This document shows positions 12,148-25,306 of a stretch of 64,000 bases of DNA, in pieces. The stretch is from Laetmonice hystrix. Its lineage: Eukaryota. Below the pieces are notes generated by a model, which was not told the DNA's origin, searched no databases, and worked only from the letters and a program-made list of their open reading frames with translations. The stretch spans positions 10,168,001-10,232,000 of the forward strand of contig OZ249441.1 of assembly GCA_965235115.1 (NCBI GenBank). The letters are read 5' to 3'. A program made the position numbers and the translations under genes. Each line of letters begins with the position of its first letter. The first letter of the stretch is position 1.

Positions 12148-12949
12148 ACAATGCTACTCTTGTTGCAGAAGTACCGCCATTTCTGGCATAATAATTATGT
12201 TACAAAATAGATTTTAAATGATCAAAGATTTTGAATATAAAGATTTCAAGAAAGAGATAAAATGGTCAAAATTTTCAAATATAAAAAAAATTCTCATGAA
12301 ACCATGCAATCTCAGACATACTATTGACGCCATCCATCAAACCTTAGAACATCTGACCTCTCAAGTTTGTCACTAAAAGTCAAGGTTTTGTGGAATAAAT
12401 ACTGAGCAGAGAAGACAAGGTATCATCAGTTTGGCAATGGCAAAATGGCTCACATTACACTTTTGGCAAAGAGCTGCAGAAAGATTCTACTGCAAGGGTG
12501 ACAAAACTTAAATATTGCTATTGAAATGATATGTCTAGGCCCTAAATGCTGGTAGCTATCTACTACTTACACTAAGTTACTGTCTATCATAAGAGTAACC
12601 TCTAAGTGTCATGATACATGTGGTGCCACCTTACAGTCCAGTATCACTATGATCTACATTCAATGGCAACAAAAACGTTTCTACCAACTATTCCTTAAGT
12701 CAGATGTTAGATCTACAGCGAGTTAAGTGGCTTGTAACACCAGAACCAGGTAAAGGCAGCCAGCGTGCAAAATACAAAATTAAAATCATGCATAAAAATT
12801 AAAAAAAATAAAAACAATGTGGCAATGCTATGAAGTACTACACATGATAAAAAAGGCGGTGTTGGCAGGCACCCGCACGCACGCACGCACGGCACGTTCA
12901 AGTTACGTGAGAAGCCAATAGCTGGTAGGTGAACACACAGCATACTCAC

Positions 12950-13011
12950 TCATGAAGTAGCTGCCTAGCAGCACAGCCCGTTGCCATGGTGTCCGCTCCG
13001 GAGTGGGACAT
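12950..13011 (-). CDS. Candidate alternative first coding exon A of the RhoGAP gene
   Basis: ATG-initiated MSHSGADTMATGCAARQLLH plus GA|GTGAGT (phase 2). Confidence 0.45.
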
Positions 13012-13571
13012 TGTGGCCAGATATGTAGCCAATCAAATATTGCTTGCAGTTCTAGAGTTGACTACACAGAGATATATACTGGATACTGCGGTATGCAGAG
13101 GTAGTTGGGCAGTTTGCGTGTGCGTGTGTGAAGGTGGTAGGACTATGGTACTGCACAGAGTAGCGGCCTACTGTCTGCCTCACAGCCACACGCGCAGTAC
13201 GGTAGGACTGTGGGGCCAGCATTACCAGTGGGCAGACAGTACGATATGGTTCGGCTCCTACAAGAGACAGACGGCAGAGATGCGCAGATAGAAAGAGACA
13301 AGTCTGAGGGCATACCATACTTATGGATACCTACACACATACTGACAGACGGACTTGTGGACGGACACGGGGACTGACACCAGTCACCTGACAGCTAGTA
13401 CAGATCAATCATTGATCAACACTGAACATGTCACGCCATCCACGACTAACCCACTCGTGACACTACGTCAAGTCATCATGGTTGCCAGCGTGACAAGACA
13501 CACAGACAAACACACTCATTGCAGATGTTCATGAATGCATACTCGGGCGTTCTAAAACAAAGTTTACTCAC

Positions 13572-13654
13572 TTGTGCAGTCTCCTTGGGGCGTTGATGGC
13601 CTCGTGGCTGCGGTCTGATACACAGCCCAATACAATATTCCGCCATGCGGACAT
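13572..13654 (-). CDS. Candidate alternative first coding exon B of the RhoGAP gene
   Basis: First ATG after an in-frame TGA. MSAWRNIVLGCVSDRSHEAINAPRRLH plus AA|GTGAGT (phase 2). Confidence 0.45.
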
Positions 13655-14224
13655 GGGCACCCAACACACCGCAGTGCTAGCTACTCAACAGCAACAAGCA
13701 TTCCCGCACAGCAGTGCACACTGCAATGCCTTCCCTTGCATCTCTCATCGATCGACCGACACTCGTGCTGGCGTTCACCTTTGCAGTCTTTAAACTTGCT
13801 TCAGCAGCAACAATGCCACCTATCTTGCTTGATTTCGGGCCCAAACTGTCCAACTTGAGGTGCAGATCAGCAAAGAGTTACATTGAAAGAGTAGTCCCTG
13901 GCTTATTGCAGTGTGCCCGTGTGACATTTAACATCATCTGCAATGGGAGAAAGACATTCACAAAATAAGATCAGCAACAACTAACTTAAACATGGAGAAA
14001 CAAGTGGAGTCTACTTCTGTTGTTGGCGTGAACGCTGCTGCTGACAACGATTTTTGACATTAGGCCTACATCCCCTCCCTGAACACAACAGAACATCCCC
14101 ACCCATAAAGGTGATTGTTGCAATGTAGTGGCAAGAACTATGTTGTTTGACTTGTAATTTTGTACATTGGTTAGACCCAGCTTGGCCTTATCCCTGCAGA
14201 CACGCCTACACCAGACAGACTCAC

Positions 14225-14259
14225 CTGTGACACGAAAAGTCGACCACCACTTCAAACAT
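14225..14259 (-). CDS. Candidate alternative first coding exon C of the RhoGAP gene
   Basis: First ATG after an in-frame TAG. MFEVVVDFSCH plus AG|GTGAGT (phase 2). Confidence 0.4.
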
Positions 14260-14867
14260 TAGTGTCTAAGCTTTCCACCAGATGTCGCCACCAACACTCT
14301 ACTCCAGCCAGGTCGTCTGAAAGCCAGTGAAGACCGACATAAACCACTGAACAGCACTCAACATTTAACATTAGTGCATCTGAATTATTGATGTATCATA
14401 TGTAAATAAGACTTTGACGTCTGGATTAAAATATCTGACATACATGAGAAGTTGCTATTCCACAAAATTATCTTCATTGCCCATTACTGAACATTCATTA
14501 TTTAGGAACCCTCTCCATATGGAGTAGCCAGTCCAGCCTCAAACAGTTTACAAGGGTATCAATGTCGTTAGTGGCTGGTACTGGTACAGACGTCTGAAAA
14601 CTATTATGTCCTCTTGGAATGTACTCGTCCTTGTTACCATGGACTTTGTCACAAGTAACATGAGAAAGAGAATTTTAAATTAATCAAACTCGGCTAGTCG
14701 TAAAAAAACACGAGTGAATCTTGACCCCATTCTAAGCTGGGTCGGGTCGTCAAAGACATGAAATATGCAGTTCCCATTCAAAAGTAGATTTTACAACTAA
14801 AATAAATACATCTTCTCTGGAAACTACGAACAATACCCCTTGACTGAAAGTCGAGAACAATGTAAGC

Positions 14868-15295
14868 CTCTTGCTAAATGTTTACACAGGTTCTGTATGA
14901 GCTAAGGAACATTTTATCTTGCTAAATGTTTACACGAGTTACGTATGAGCTGAGGAACATTTTATCTTGCTAAATGTTTACACTAGTTCCGTATGCACTG
15001 AGGAACATTTTATCTTGCTAAATGTTTACACTAGTTCCGTATGCGCTGAGGAACATTTTATCTTGCTAAATGTTTACACGGGTTCCGTATGAGCTGAGAA
15101 ACATTTTATCTTGCTAAATGTTTACACTAGTTCCGTATGAGCTGAGGAACATTTTATCTTGCTAAATGTTTACACTAGTTCCGTATGAGCTGAGGAACAT
15201 TTTATCTTGCTAAATGTTTACACTAGTTCCGTATGAGCTGAGGAACATTTTATCTTGCTAAATGTTTACACGGGCTCCGTATGAGCTGAGGAATA
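14868..15295. repeat. 48-bp minisatellite (~9 copies)
   Basis: ATCTTGCTAAATGTTTACACTAGTTCCGTATGAGCTGAGGAACATTTT. Confidence 0.95.
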
Positions 15296-16039
15296 TCTGA
15301 TCACTTCCCCAAGGACTGTTCAGTAACAGATTTCTTTTACCCAATGTTGAAAAGAAACTCTAAATATGCTGAGAACCAATGAAACAGAGCTAAATATAGT
15401 AGCAGTGGGTAAGTAAAAGAAGGTAAATCAGAAAATCCTATGTGTACAAAAATGACCAGTCAGAGACTTACAAAATCACGATGATCTAAAGACAACATTT
15501 TCTTTCAGTTACGATAGCCATTATAGGGTACTACTAGTCCACTACTTGTGAACAGTTGGATAATTAAGTAAATCTAGCTTCACCCAGATAGATAAAGTAC
15601 TACTAGTACTAGCAGATAAAAGACTGAGATTCAAATGCAACACTTTGAACTTGAAGATTCACAGATGACACAGGTCTGTAGCTGTACATGTCATTATTGA
15701 TCATTATTTGTGTTTAGAATTAATTATTTCAATAATAAAACTCTGTATTACAGTTCCAAATTATGTTCCTTGTAAATACCAGACATTCGACACAAAATAT
15801 TACGTATACCATGTACACATCAACCTATGATTTGAGCAGGTAGAGAATAACTTACTGTTCACATCACAAGGTTCCCTCTCCCCAAGTGCTAACCCCCACT
15901 CTCCCACTCCAACCCGCCCTGCTGTAATACCCGTGATAATGTGGGTTAGGCACACAGTACCCTCCCCAGTGATAATTGTATGAAATTACTCCCACAGTGG
16001 ATCATCGTCACGTACATTTGGCGGATGGTATCCATAGGT

Positions 16040-16277
16040 AGGACTGGGTCCATGGCTGAGACTGGGTCCATGGCTGGGACTGGGTCCATGGCTGGGACTG
16101 GGTCCATGGCTGGGACTGGGTCCATGGCTGGGACTGGGAGAGGTCCATGGCTAGGACTGGGTCCATGGCTGGGACTGGGTCCATGGCTTGGGCTGGGTCC
16201 ATGGCTGGGACTGGGTGAGGTCCATGGCTGGGACTGGGTCCACGGCTAGGACTGGGACTGGGTCCATGGCTGGGACT
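16040..16277. repeat. 18-bp minisatellite
   Basis: CTGGGTCCATGGCTGGGA. Confidence 0.9.
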
Positions 16278-16699
16278 CCTGTAGGCCGACATATTGTTTT
16301 GGCCAGAAGAATTCTGGCTTGCACTGCTGCTGCTTGCGCCAGTGACGGACACAGACACATATAGCCTACAGGTTGCTCATTCGGTAGAAGAGCACGTTGC
16401 GGTAAGGAAGGCCGACATGGCCATGAATGACTGGTGCTTGGCTCCCCCTGCCCACGGCAGACCCTGCCCTGCCCACCGGTCATGGACAGTCTGGCAGGCT
16501 ACCGTCCATGACACCCCTGGCACTCCGTCCTCCTCGATCCAGGCCCAGCTTGTATCATTAGGCTGAGTATTATCGTACAGACGCCGGCACTGGCCTGGGT
16601 TCACGAGGAGGCGGCGGTCGGTGGTGACAGTTCCAACCGGTGTTCTGCCAGGACAGGGTTTATGTAGAGACATCCCTCATTGTGCCTGGCCTGTGCTGG

Positions 16700-17120
16700 G
16701 GTCGGTGGCTGTGCTGTACCAGGGAGGTGCTAGCGTTGGTGTCTGTGATGTACCAGGGAGGTGCCAGGGTTGGTGCCTGTGATGTACCAGGGAGGTGCCA
16801 GGGTTGGTGCCTGTGATGTACCAGGGAGGTGCCAGGGTTGGTGTCTGTGCTGTACCAGGGAGGTGCCAGGTTTGGTGTCTGTGTTGTACCAGGGAGGTGC
16901 TAGGGTTTGGTGCCTGTGCTGTACCAGGGTGCTGAGGTTGGGGTCTGTGCTATACCAGGGAGGTGCTGGGGTTGGTGCCTGTGCTGTACCAGGGAGGTGC
17001 TAGGGTTTGGTGCCTGTGTTGTACCAGGGAGGTGCTGGGGTTGGTGTCTGTGCTGTTCCAGGGAGGTGCTAGGGTTTGGTGCCTGTACTGTACCAGGGAG
17101 GTGCTGGGGTTGGTGCCTGT
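16700..17120. repeat. 34/35-bp minisatellite
   Basis: GTGCTGTACCAGGGAGGTGCTGGGGTTGGTGCCT. Confidence 0.9.
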
Positions 17121-17689
17121 GCCACACCCATGCAGAGCAATCAATGCAATCAGCATAGATCTCGCGGGGGCGGACTGTGTCGCCGACTGCTGCCAGTCAA
17201 GACTAAACTGGGACACCCTGAATATATTACCGGCCAAATATTACAACCGGCCCACCATGCCTAATGTCTGTGCTGTCAGCCCTGTATTTATACATGCGTA
17301 ATTTTTTTCCTCCGGAAGTATATAGAACAGTGGGTAAATAGGCTCCTGATTGTATGCAGATATCGGCGCCATCTCCGGCCATTCTAATATTACATTCTGC
17401 TGACCCTGTGACGAGGAGAAAAACGGGTTGTGTCGGTAGCTGGGGACGGAGAGCTCCGCCCCCTCCCCCTTGATGCTGTGACCTGTCAAGCTCTAAAGCC
17501 TGTCTGTCTCAGTTTGTCCATTGTACCAATCTTCATATCATCACCCTCTTAGGCTGACACTGTCACAGCGCTAGTCACCAAAAACAGCGGGTAATTTTAA
17601 ACACTAGCCGGATCCAGATCCTAATCGCCTCCCTGCCCTCGGACTCTGCCACATACCAAACCCATGTCATTCACTTATAAATAAATAAC

Positions 17690-17880
17690 TCGGTTTTGGG
17701 GACCTTTTCATAACTCACTCTTGGGGACCTTTTCATAACTCGGTCTTGGGGACCTTTTCATAAAACTCGGTCTTGGGGACCTTTTCATAACTCGGTCTTG
17801 GGGACCTTTTCATAACTCGGTCTTGGGGACCTTTTCATAACTCGGTCTTGGGGACCTTCTCATAACTCGGGACCTTTTTA
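17690..17880. repeat. 25-bp minisatellite
   Basis: CTTTTCATAACTCGGTCTTGGGGAC. Confidence 0.9.
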
Positions 17881-19049
17881 CATTGTCAGAGCGGTTGCCT
17901 CCCAGAGTACAACTCTCACGTCCCACAAACTCCCGCCTCAGAATCTTACTGCTAAGATTGTTTTCCAATGCGTTCACAGAGATACAACAAAACCTGTTGG
18001 ATTCTCCCTCTGAAGCCGCTGTTACCCTTGGACCCACCCCGCTACTGCCTCCTGTTTCAGCCTGATACCCCAGCGAAAAGTTCGGAAAGTCTTGTTGTCA
18101 TGACAATCGCTGACAGCGCGAGAATCGCGGTCCGTTTTCTTCGCCGGTCTATTATAATCTCCCGATGCATGGTTTTCTATTGTTTAGAGATCGAACCTCT
18201 AGTCAAGACTATGGGCGGTGGAGTTTTCCTCCAAATAATAAACGGCAGCCTGTATAGGCAAACGGTGGGCCAAAACTGACGGAGGAGAAAATAGTTTCTA
18301 CGTGAGACTCAATACAGATCTGATATTTCGGAGATTGAGAACTACACAAATACACACGACTCTGCAGCCAACCTCCCGGAGATCTCAGATCGCGGAGAAA
18401 ACAGACCGCGATAGCCGAGTAGACTGCAGTGCAACAGTGTGCAAAAGGAGGGAGGAAAAGACAGGGTCCGGTTGACACCCGCCGGTGGTCAAGGACAGGC
18501 ACCCCCCCCCCCCCCCCCCCCTGCTTGGGGTCAGACATGCCTGTCAGTCTGCAGTAAACCCCTCGCGCCCACCCAGCTACCCTGAACCCACTGGTTAGAG
18601 TGGAAGAACCCACCCGCCACCAACACACCTGGCTGGCTGAGGCTTACCTGTCACTGCCACCTGTTGTGACCCACCAGGGGTTTACAAGGGGTTTCCCAAC
18701 AGCCTCCTTGCAGCCAAAGCATGATCATCAACTTTACATTTTACGAATTCATACACAATTCTGGCAAATTATTTATATGGAATTAAATTTCATTCAAGCA
18801 TATTCTAGAGACCTGTACTATACAGGCGGTACTTGTGACTGCCACACAGATGTGCTGGAGTACTCTGACTGGGGTTCAACTCAAGAGGTTGAAAGATGAA
18901 AGGTGGGTCAACAGACTCTGCTGGGGCAGCCTAGCCTGCGTGAACTACATACCATTGGTAAATTATATGGTAACACTTCTGTAGGAATGCAGCCCAATTT
19001 ATATTTTCTTGTCTTAATACAACGATCTTTGCAAGATTGGCCCTCACAA

Positions 19050-19325
19050 TCACATGACAGAGCAATCTAGAGCTCAGGCCCTCACATGACAGAAAGCAAT
19101 CTCTCTCAGACCCTCACATGACAGAGAGCAATCTCTCTCAGACCCTCACATGACAGAGAGCAATCTCTCTCAGGCCCTCACATGACAGAGAGCAATCTCT
19201 CTCAGGCCCTCACATGACAGAGCAATCTCTCTCAGACCCTCACATGACACAGAGTAATCTCCCAGGCCCTCACATGACAGAGAGCAATCTCTCTCAGACC
19301 CTCACATGACAGGGAGCAATCGCAA
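19050..19325. repeat. ~32-bp minisatellite
   Basis: CCCTCACATGACAGAGAGCAATCTCTCTCAGG. Confidence 0.9.
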
Positions 19326-20519
19326 TCTAGGGGGGGGGGGGGGGGATGCACACCGGGCCTCGCCTGGCGAAACCGACGTTCAGGTGACCTACAGGTAATC
19401 GCTCGCCACCCCACCCAACCCCGGCTTTCACACCCGGTCCCTCATTAAAGTACCCGTGTGTCCCCATATGTCATGCTCTAATTCCTCCAAGAACCTTACC
19501 GGCTTTTCCTGGTGTGGATCTAAGCCGCTACCACTGCACTGAAAGTTGTCCATTCACCGTGTTGGGACGTCATGAAATCAACATTGGCATTGGTTTCATG
19601 CCAAGTACATACTCTCTAAGTAAATCGAGCACAGTCTTCTTCTCACAAACTATGAACACCAAACCGCACACTAACACCACATAACCTGGCATAACCCTCA
19701 CCCCCTCTCCCTTCAGCTACTGTCTGATCCCCCCATAAATAAAAATAGAAGTTCACTTTACCCGACTTTACATGAAATCTGTGAAAAATACTACACTGTA
19801 ACCATCTGTTTCAGCACTGTACAAATATACCATCTGTACGGGCACTTTAACCACCCCCTTAAATCTGTATTGTAAACATGATGATCTGCATCTGTACTGT
19901 AACCATCTGCCTGCTGCTAGAACCCTACGAATTTTGAATAATGAAGACTTAATCCACGGGAGTTTCAACTTGTACCAGTCAGGGGGAGGGCACAAAAATG
20001 ATCCGTGTCATAAACAGTACACAACTCGTGTCCAACCCGGAATGTGGGCTAATTCAGGGCTACTCTGCTGGGGGTCTATGACTATGGGGGCGAGGATAGA
20101 GCCGTGCTCTCTGGATCCCTTCACGATGTCTGAGCCAGAGAGGCTCTAACGTTATTGGAGTATAGTGCGTTCTGTCGATGTTATCTCGATGTCCCTGGCA
20201 GGGTCATATCACACTCCCTGGTCTAAGGATCAGTGTCAATGCAGGATGTTACCTTCTCATTGCCCTCCACCCCAGCACCGTCAGGTCAGGACTGCCACAA
20301 ACTGATCCTTAGCTACACTGACCTGCACGATGATCCTGATCGAGTGTTGTCAATGGTTGGTGTGGGTACGTTAGCCTGGCTGTGTCACTGTCCAACTGAG
20401 CCCCGGTCACTCAGTCAGTCAGTCAGTCACTCAGGCGGTGACACCGAGCGCGCTCGGCCCCCGCCTCTGGCCCGCCCCCTGGCCCAGCCCCTGGCCCGGC
20501 CCCGGACCCCACCCGGCTC

Positions 20520-21000
20520 CAGACCGGTCCCAGTCCGACCCCGGACCGGTCCCAGCCCGACCCCGGACCGGTCCCAGCCCGACCCCGGACCGGTCCCAGT
20601 CCGACCCCGGACCGGTCCCAGCCCGACCCCGGACCGGTCCCAGCCCGACCCCAGACCGGTCCCAGCCCGACCCCGGACCGGTCCCAGTCCGACCCAGGAC
20701 CAGTCCCAGCCCGACCCCGGACCAGTCCCAGCCCGACCCCGGACTGGTCCCAGCCCGACCCCGGACCGGTCTCCACACGGCCCCGCCCGGCCCCCGCCCG
20801 ACCCCGGACCGGTCCCAGCCCAACCGCGGATCGGCCCCCGCCCGACCCCGGACGGGTCGCAGCCCGACCCCGGACGGGTCCCAGCCCGACCCCGGACGGG
20901 TCCCAGCCCAAACCCGGACGGGTCCCAGCCCGACCCCGGGTCGGTCCCAGCCCGACACCGGATCGGCCCCCGCCCAACCCGAACCGGTCCCCGCTCTACC
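20520..21000. repeat. GC-rich 22-bp minisatellite
   Basis: CCCGACCCCGGACCGGTCCCAG. Confidence 0.92.
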
Positions 21001-21879
21001 GCCACCCATCCCCGGCCTGTCTCCCCTACACCCGGCCACAGTCACGACCGACATCCACAGAAAGAACACCGTCACCCACACAATGTGACATCATCACGGT
21101 TCTGTAATCTGGGACCTGGCGCAAGTATACACACTGCGGTACCTGGTAACGTCAGAGGTCGCAAGATGTTTGACAACCCCACTCGCCAACAGGACTAGTG
21201 ATCATTCGAACCTCACTTGTCCCTAAGAACTTTCTGCTCGTCCTTATAATTAAGCTCATCAAAATAGCCCTAAAAGGTTAGTCGCCAAAAGCACTAGTAC
21301 CCTAAAAGTAAAAGTCTTTGTATTTGCCCCGACATGGTACGGGATCTCGTACACTTTGGTGGAGGTCTATGGACGGGGACGAGGGGTTAGGGGTCGGTTT
21401 CACGAGTAGGAGTAGCGACAGATTCAGATCTTACCCACAAATTTCCTGGAGATGTTCTGTGGTGATTTACGACATACTGCCCTGCACGCGGCTTCCTCTG
21501 CATTACTTCCTATTTAATCTAGCCATCTGATAAAAGTCAACGTATGTGGCTGCCTTTGTCAATGTACATCACCAATGTATTACTAGACAGATACGGAGAG
21601 GACAGCCTGGGGAAATAACCACGTCAGGCCGTCATACTCCACCAGGAAGGTGTGCTCATCATGCCAAAGTTCCTTCCTTCCTGGTGCATACAGAACCATG
21701 ACTCACGCTTTATACTGCATACAGGGAGCTGCCACTTTAATTAGGCCACAGGAAAACAATGCTTACAAGTAAATTATTCCGACCAACCATGCTGAAACAG
21801 TTTGGTTTGGTATCGGATATCAGAAAGTCTCTAAATGAGCGATATGATCATTGAGGAGGCTTGTCTTTCCTCAAACCTC

Positions 21880-22430
21880 TCCCTCCTCACTAGTCGAGTC
21901 CGAGCCCTCCCCCTCCTTACTGGTTGAGTCCGAGCCCCCCCCCCCCCCCTCCTCACTGGGTGAGCCCTCCCCCTCCTCACTGGTTGAGTCCGAGCCCGAG
22001 CCATCCTCACTGGTTGAGTCCGAGCCCTCCCCCTCCTCACTGGTCGAGTCTGAGCCCTCCCCCTCCTCACTGGTCGAGTCCGATCCCTCCCCCTCCTCAC
22101 TGGTCGAGTCCAAGCCCTCCCCCTCCTCACTGGTTGAGTCAGAGCCCCCCCCCCCTCCTCACTGGTTAAGTCCTAACCTGAACCCTCCTCACTGGTCGAG
22201 TCCGAGCCCTCCCCTTCCACACTGGTCGAGTCCAAGCCCTCCCCCTCCTCACTAGTCGAGTCCGAGCCCTCCCCCTGCTCACTGGTCGAGTCCGAGCCCT
22301 CCCCCTCCTCACTGGTCGAGTCCAAGCCCTCCCCCTCCTCACTGGTCGGGTCAGAGCCCTCCCCCTCCTCACTGGTCGGGTCAGAGCCCTCCCCCTCCTC
22401 ACTGGTTGAGTTCTAACCCGAACCCTCCTC
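21880..22430. repeat. 30-bp minisatellite
   Basis: GAGCCCTCCCCCTCCTCACTGGTCGAGTCC. Confidence 0.92.
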
Positions 22431-23649
22431 ACTGGTGTTATTGACTGGCGGCAATGTCCTCCGGGGTGACTCATCTCTTCCAAAAAAAAACATTGTTTTT
22501 TCCTGTTAACTGAAACCCCCACAAAAAAAGACAAAAAACAAAAAACCTGACCTGTCAACCATCACTGGCATCAGTATCTGAGCACTGTTAAATGACACTT
22601 TTATGGATCACACTCATACAATGTCGGTTGTGTAAACTTTCATATATTATTTCGGTTGTGCGATAGAGCGATAGTGTGGCCCTTTTTTCACACGTTACTC
22701 ATTGCCACTGGGTACCCACATTTATTAGCGGCTTACGAGACGGTGGCTGCCTGCCTGTCCCCATCATCCCGGACCTGGCCGACTCTATCGTCCCGGCCCC
22801 GACCGACTCTGGGGCCGGTGCCGGGGGCCTGGGCCGGGACCGGGGGGCCGGGGAAGGAGCCCATGTGGCATGGTACGGTATGTGGGCTGAGTCAAGTCCA
22901 AGTCATCACGGATACATGTACCCCCCACCCCCCAGATCTGGGTCAGGAATGCCCCTCCCCCCTGCCACTCTCCTCTTGTGTCAGCAGGGTCCTGACCACT
23001 GAAGACTGATCACCTCACAGAGAGCAAGAATGACTATCACACTGCATCCATTCCACAGAGGACAAAGGGGGAGGGGGCCTACCTCACCCCTCTGGGGTGC
23101 AGCCAAGGGAAGGGGTGGGGGTTGTCACATTTCGTACAAAACAGGAATGCCAACCTCAGTTACACAATCCATTCACTCCGGGCACCAGTGGTACTGAACC
23201 ACTGTCTTGAGACTGAGTGTTTTTGGATAAATTTGGATTGGAGTTTTACGCTTTTGAACAGCCAAACTGCCAGGGTCATGCTCAAGGCGGTCAGTTTTAC
23301 TGGTGGAGGAAACTGGAGGGTCCCAGGTCTTGACACAGAGCACTGGGACCTAACGTTATGGAACACAGATCGCCTTAGTAATTGAATTGTTCTAATATGA
23401 CCACGCTTGGCCCCATTACCAGCGATTTACTAGAGACAACAAGGCTTGGGGGAAACTCGTAACCAATTGGGATACACACAATGGATACCAGGTTTTAAAT
23501 AAATGGAAATAACATCTTTTTCCTTTTCCAAAGCCATCACCTTAAATTGTTAAACTGATGACGTTGTGGATCCCAATGTGTCCCTCTGCATCAAGCCTTC
23601 CTCCTCCCCCTGTCATAAAATTCATCGGCCAGGCAGGCCTCTCTAATGT

Positions 23650-23835
23650 GACACCAGGTGACGCTTTTCTGTGACACTGGGTGACGCCTCTCTGGGACAC
23701 TGGGTGACGCCTCTCTGGGACACTGGGTGACCACTGGGTGACGCCTCTCTGGGACACTGGGTGACCACTGGGTGACGCCTCTCTGGGACACTGGGTGACC
23801 ACTGGGTGACGCCTCTCTGGGACACTGGGTGACCA
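23650..23835. repeat. Composite 23/11-bp minisatellite
   Basis: CTGGGTGACGCCTCTCTGGGACA and CTGGGTGACCA. Confidence 0.88.
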
Positions 23836-25306
23836 CACGGAGTATCCAGACTATGAGGGAAGGTGTGGCGGGTCTCAGACAGCTCAGTCACCTGTGGTGC
23901 TCACTGGCGTTTGACTGGGTGCCCACTGGGTGGAGGAGCCTGGTGGCGGCCAGGGCACTCAAGGTCATGCCGGGTCATCGGGTCCGGCTGCAGTCAGCCA
24001 GTGGTGATGATGACACTGGACTGGACCAGATCTCTGACACAATGACTGTCTCCAAACACAGTGATCTACTCCACATCCCCGGCGGCAGCCTAGGGAGGCA
24101 GAGCTTACCTGGGGGTCAGGGTCACCTACTGACCCACAGAGGTCAGCACCAGGAGGTCACCTACCGACCCATAGAGGATGGTCATTGGATACAACATTTA
24201 CAAGTACACAATGTACAGTCAGTGAAAGATTGTTGCAATGAATCATGAATGTAATTTCCATATTCACACAACTCATGAATTTTGCGTATATATAGATCAT
24301 GGAGAATGAAGAGGGGCATGAGGAGATAACTCGCATTCCTGACAGCATGATCAAAATCACATGTTTAACTTGTGATCATGTACCTTGTCTAACACCAGTG
24401 TGAACGTAGAGCTCTCTAGCTCTGGCATCCACAGTGGCACACTGGTGACTTCCACCCGAGGTGATCCCCCAGTACTGTACCTAGTGGCTGCCGCTGTGAC
24501 TGGCCAGCTCCCAGCAAGGACAATGTGGGTGGTAGTTATAGGAGAAAATGTCCCTGGAGTGAGTGAGTGACAGGTCAGTAGGGTGGGCCAGACGCCAGGT
24601 CACTACCGACATACGATCAGTGTGACATAGACAGTGCCCCCAGGCCTGTCACACCTTGGCGGGCGCCTCACTGTAGTGTAAGATCAGTGTTACACCGTTC
24701 ACCACTGTACGACCATGTCGGCCGGCCCGGCATCTCCTCCTTACAACTAACTAGCCACCACTCCTAGCCAGGCCCCTACACACTAACTACACCACTCTTA
24801 CAGCGCCAATAACAGCACCGTGATGCAGGCACACAGCACAATGGATATGAGACAGTTTATATAAGCACATCTTTATATACATTTTCCATAATAAAGACAT
24901 ACTGTCAGTGTTTAACTTCTCCTTTGATTATCATGCATACAAGAAGGCTATAAAGCATGTGCATAGTATGTGACAGAAATTAAAAATTTTGCAAATGTAT
25001 TTTTAATTTTTACCACTTCCAGCTGCCAATTTTGTCATCAATGAATAAACTTGACCTCAACCAATTCACAACTTTACCAGGTCACAGCCCCTTCATGATG
25101 TTCACGAGGGAATTATTTCCACGTTATTTGTCACATTCTTAGTACTTTCCTTGAAAACATTCATAGTCAGGGGTCAAAAGATCATTTCAATAATGATTTA
25201 AACAAATACATTTGTAAACATAATTTCCAATATTTGCTCAGAAAGGATCAATACTTACAATAGGGCCTTCCCTAATGTACACATTTATCAAAATATTTGA
25301 CCTGTA

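Noticed and set aside
20233-21198. 321-aa Pro-rich ORF and its antisense ORFs
   Set aside because: Produced by the 22-bp GC-rich repeat.
21871-22430. DSTSEEGEGS repeats resembling acidic biomineralisation phosphoproteins
   Set aside because: In-frame TAG stops occur in variant units, the ORF track uses a non-ATG start, and I found no signal peptide or splice context.
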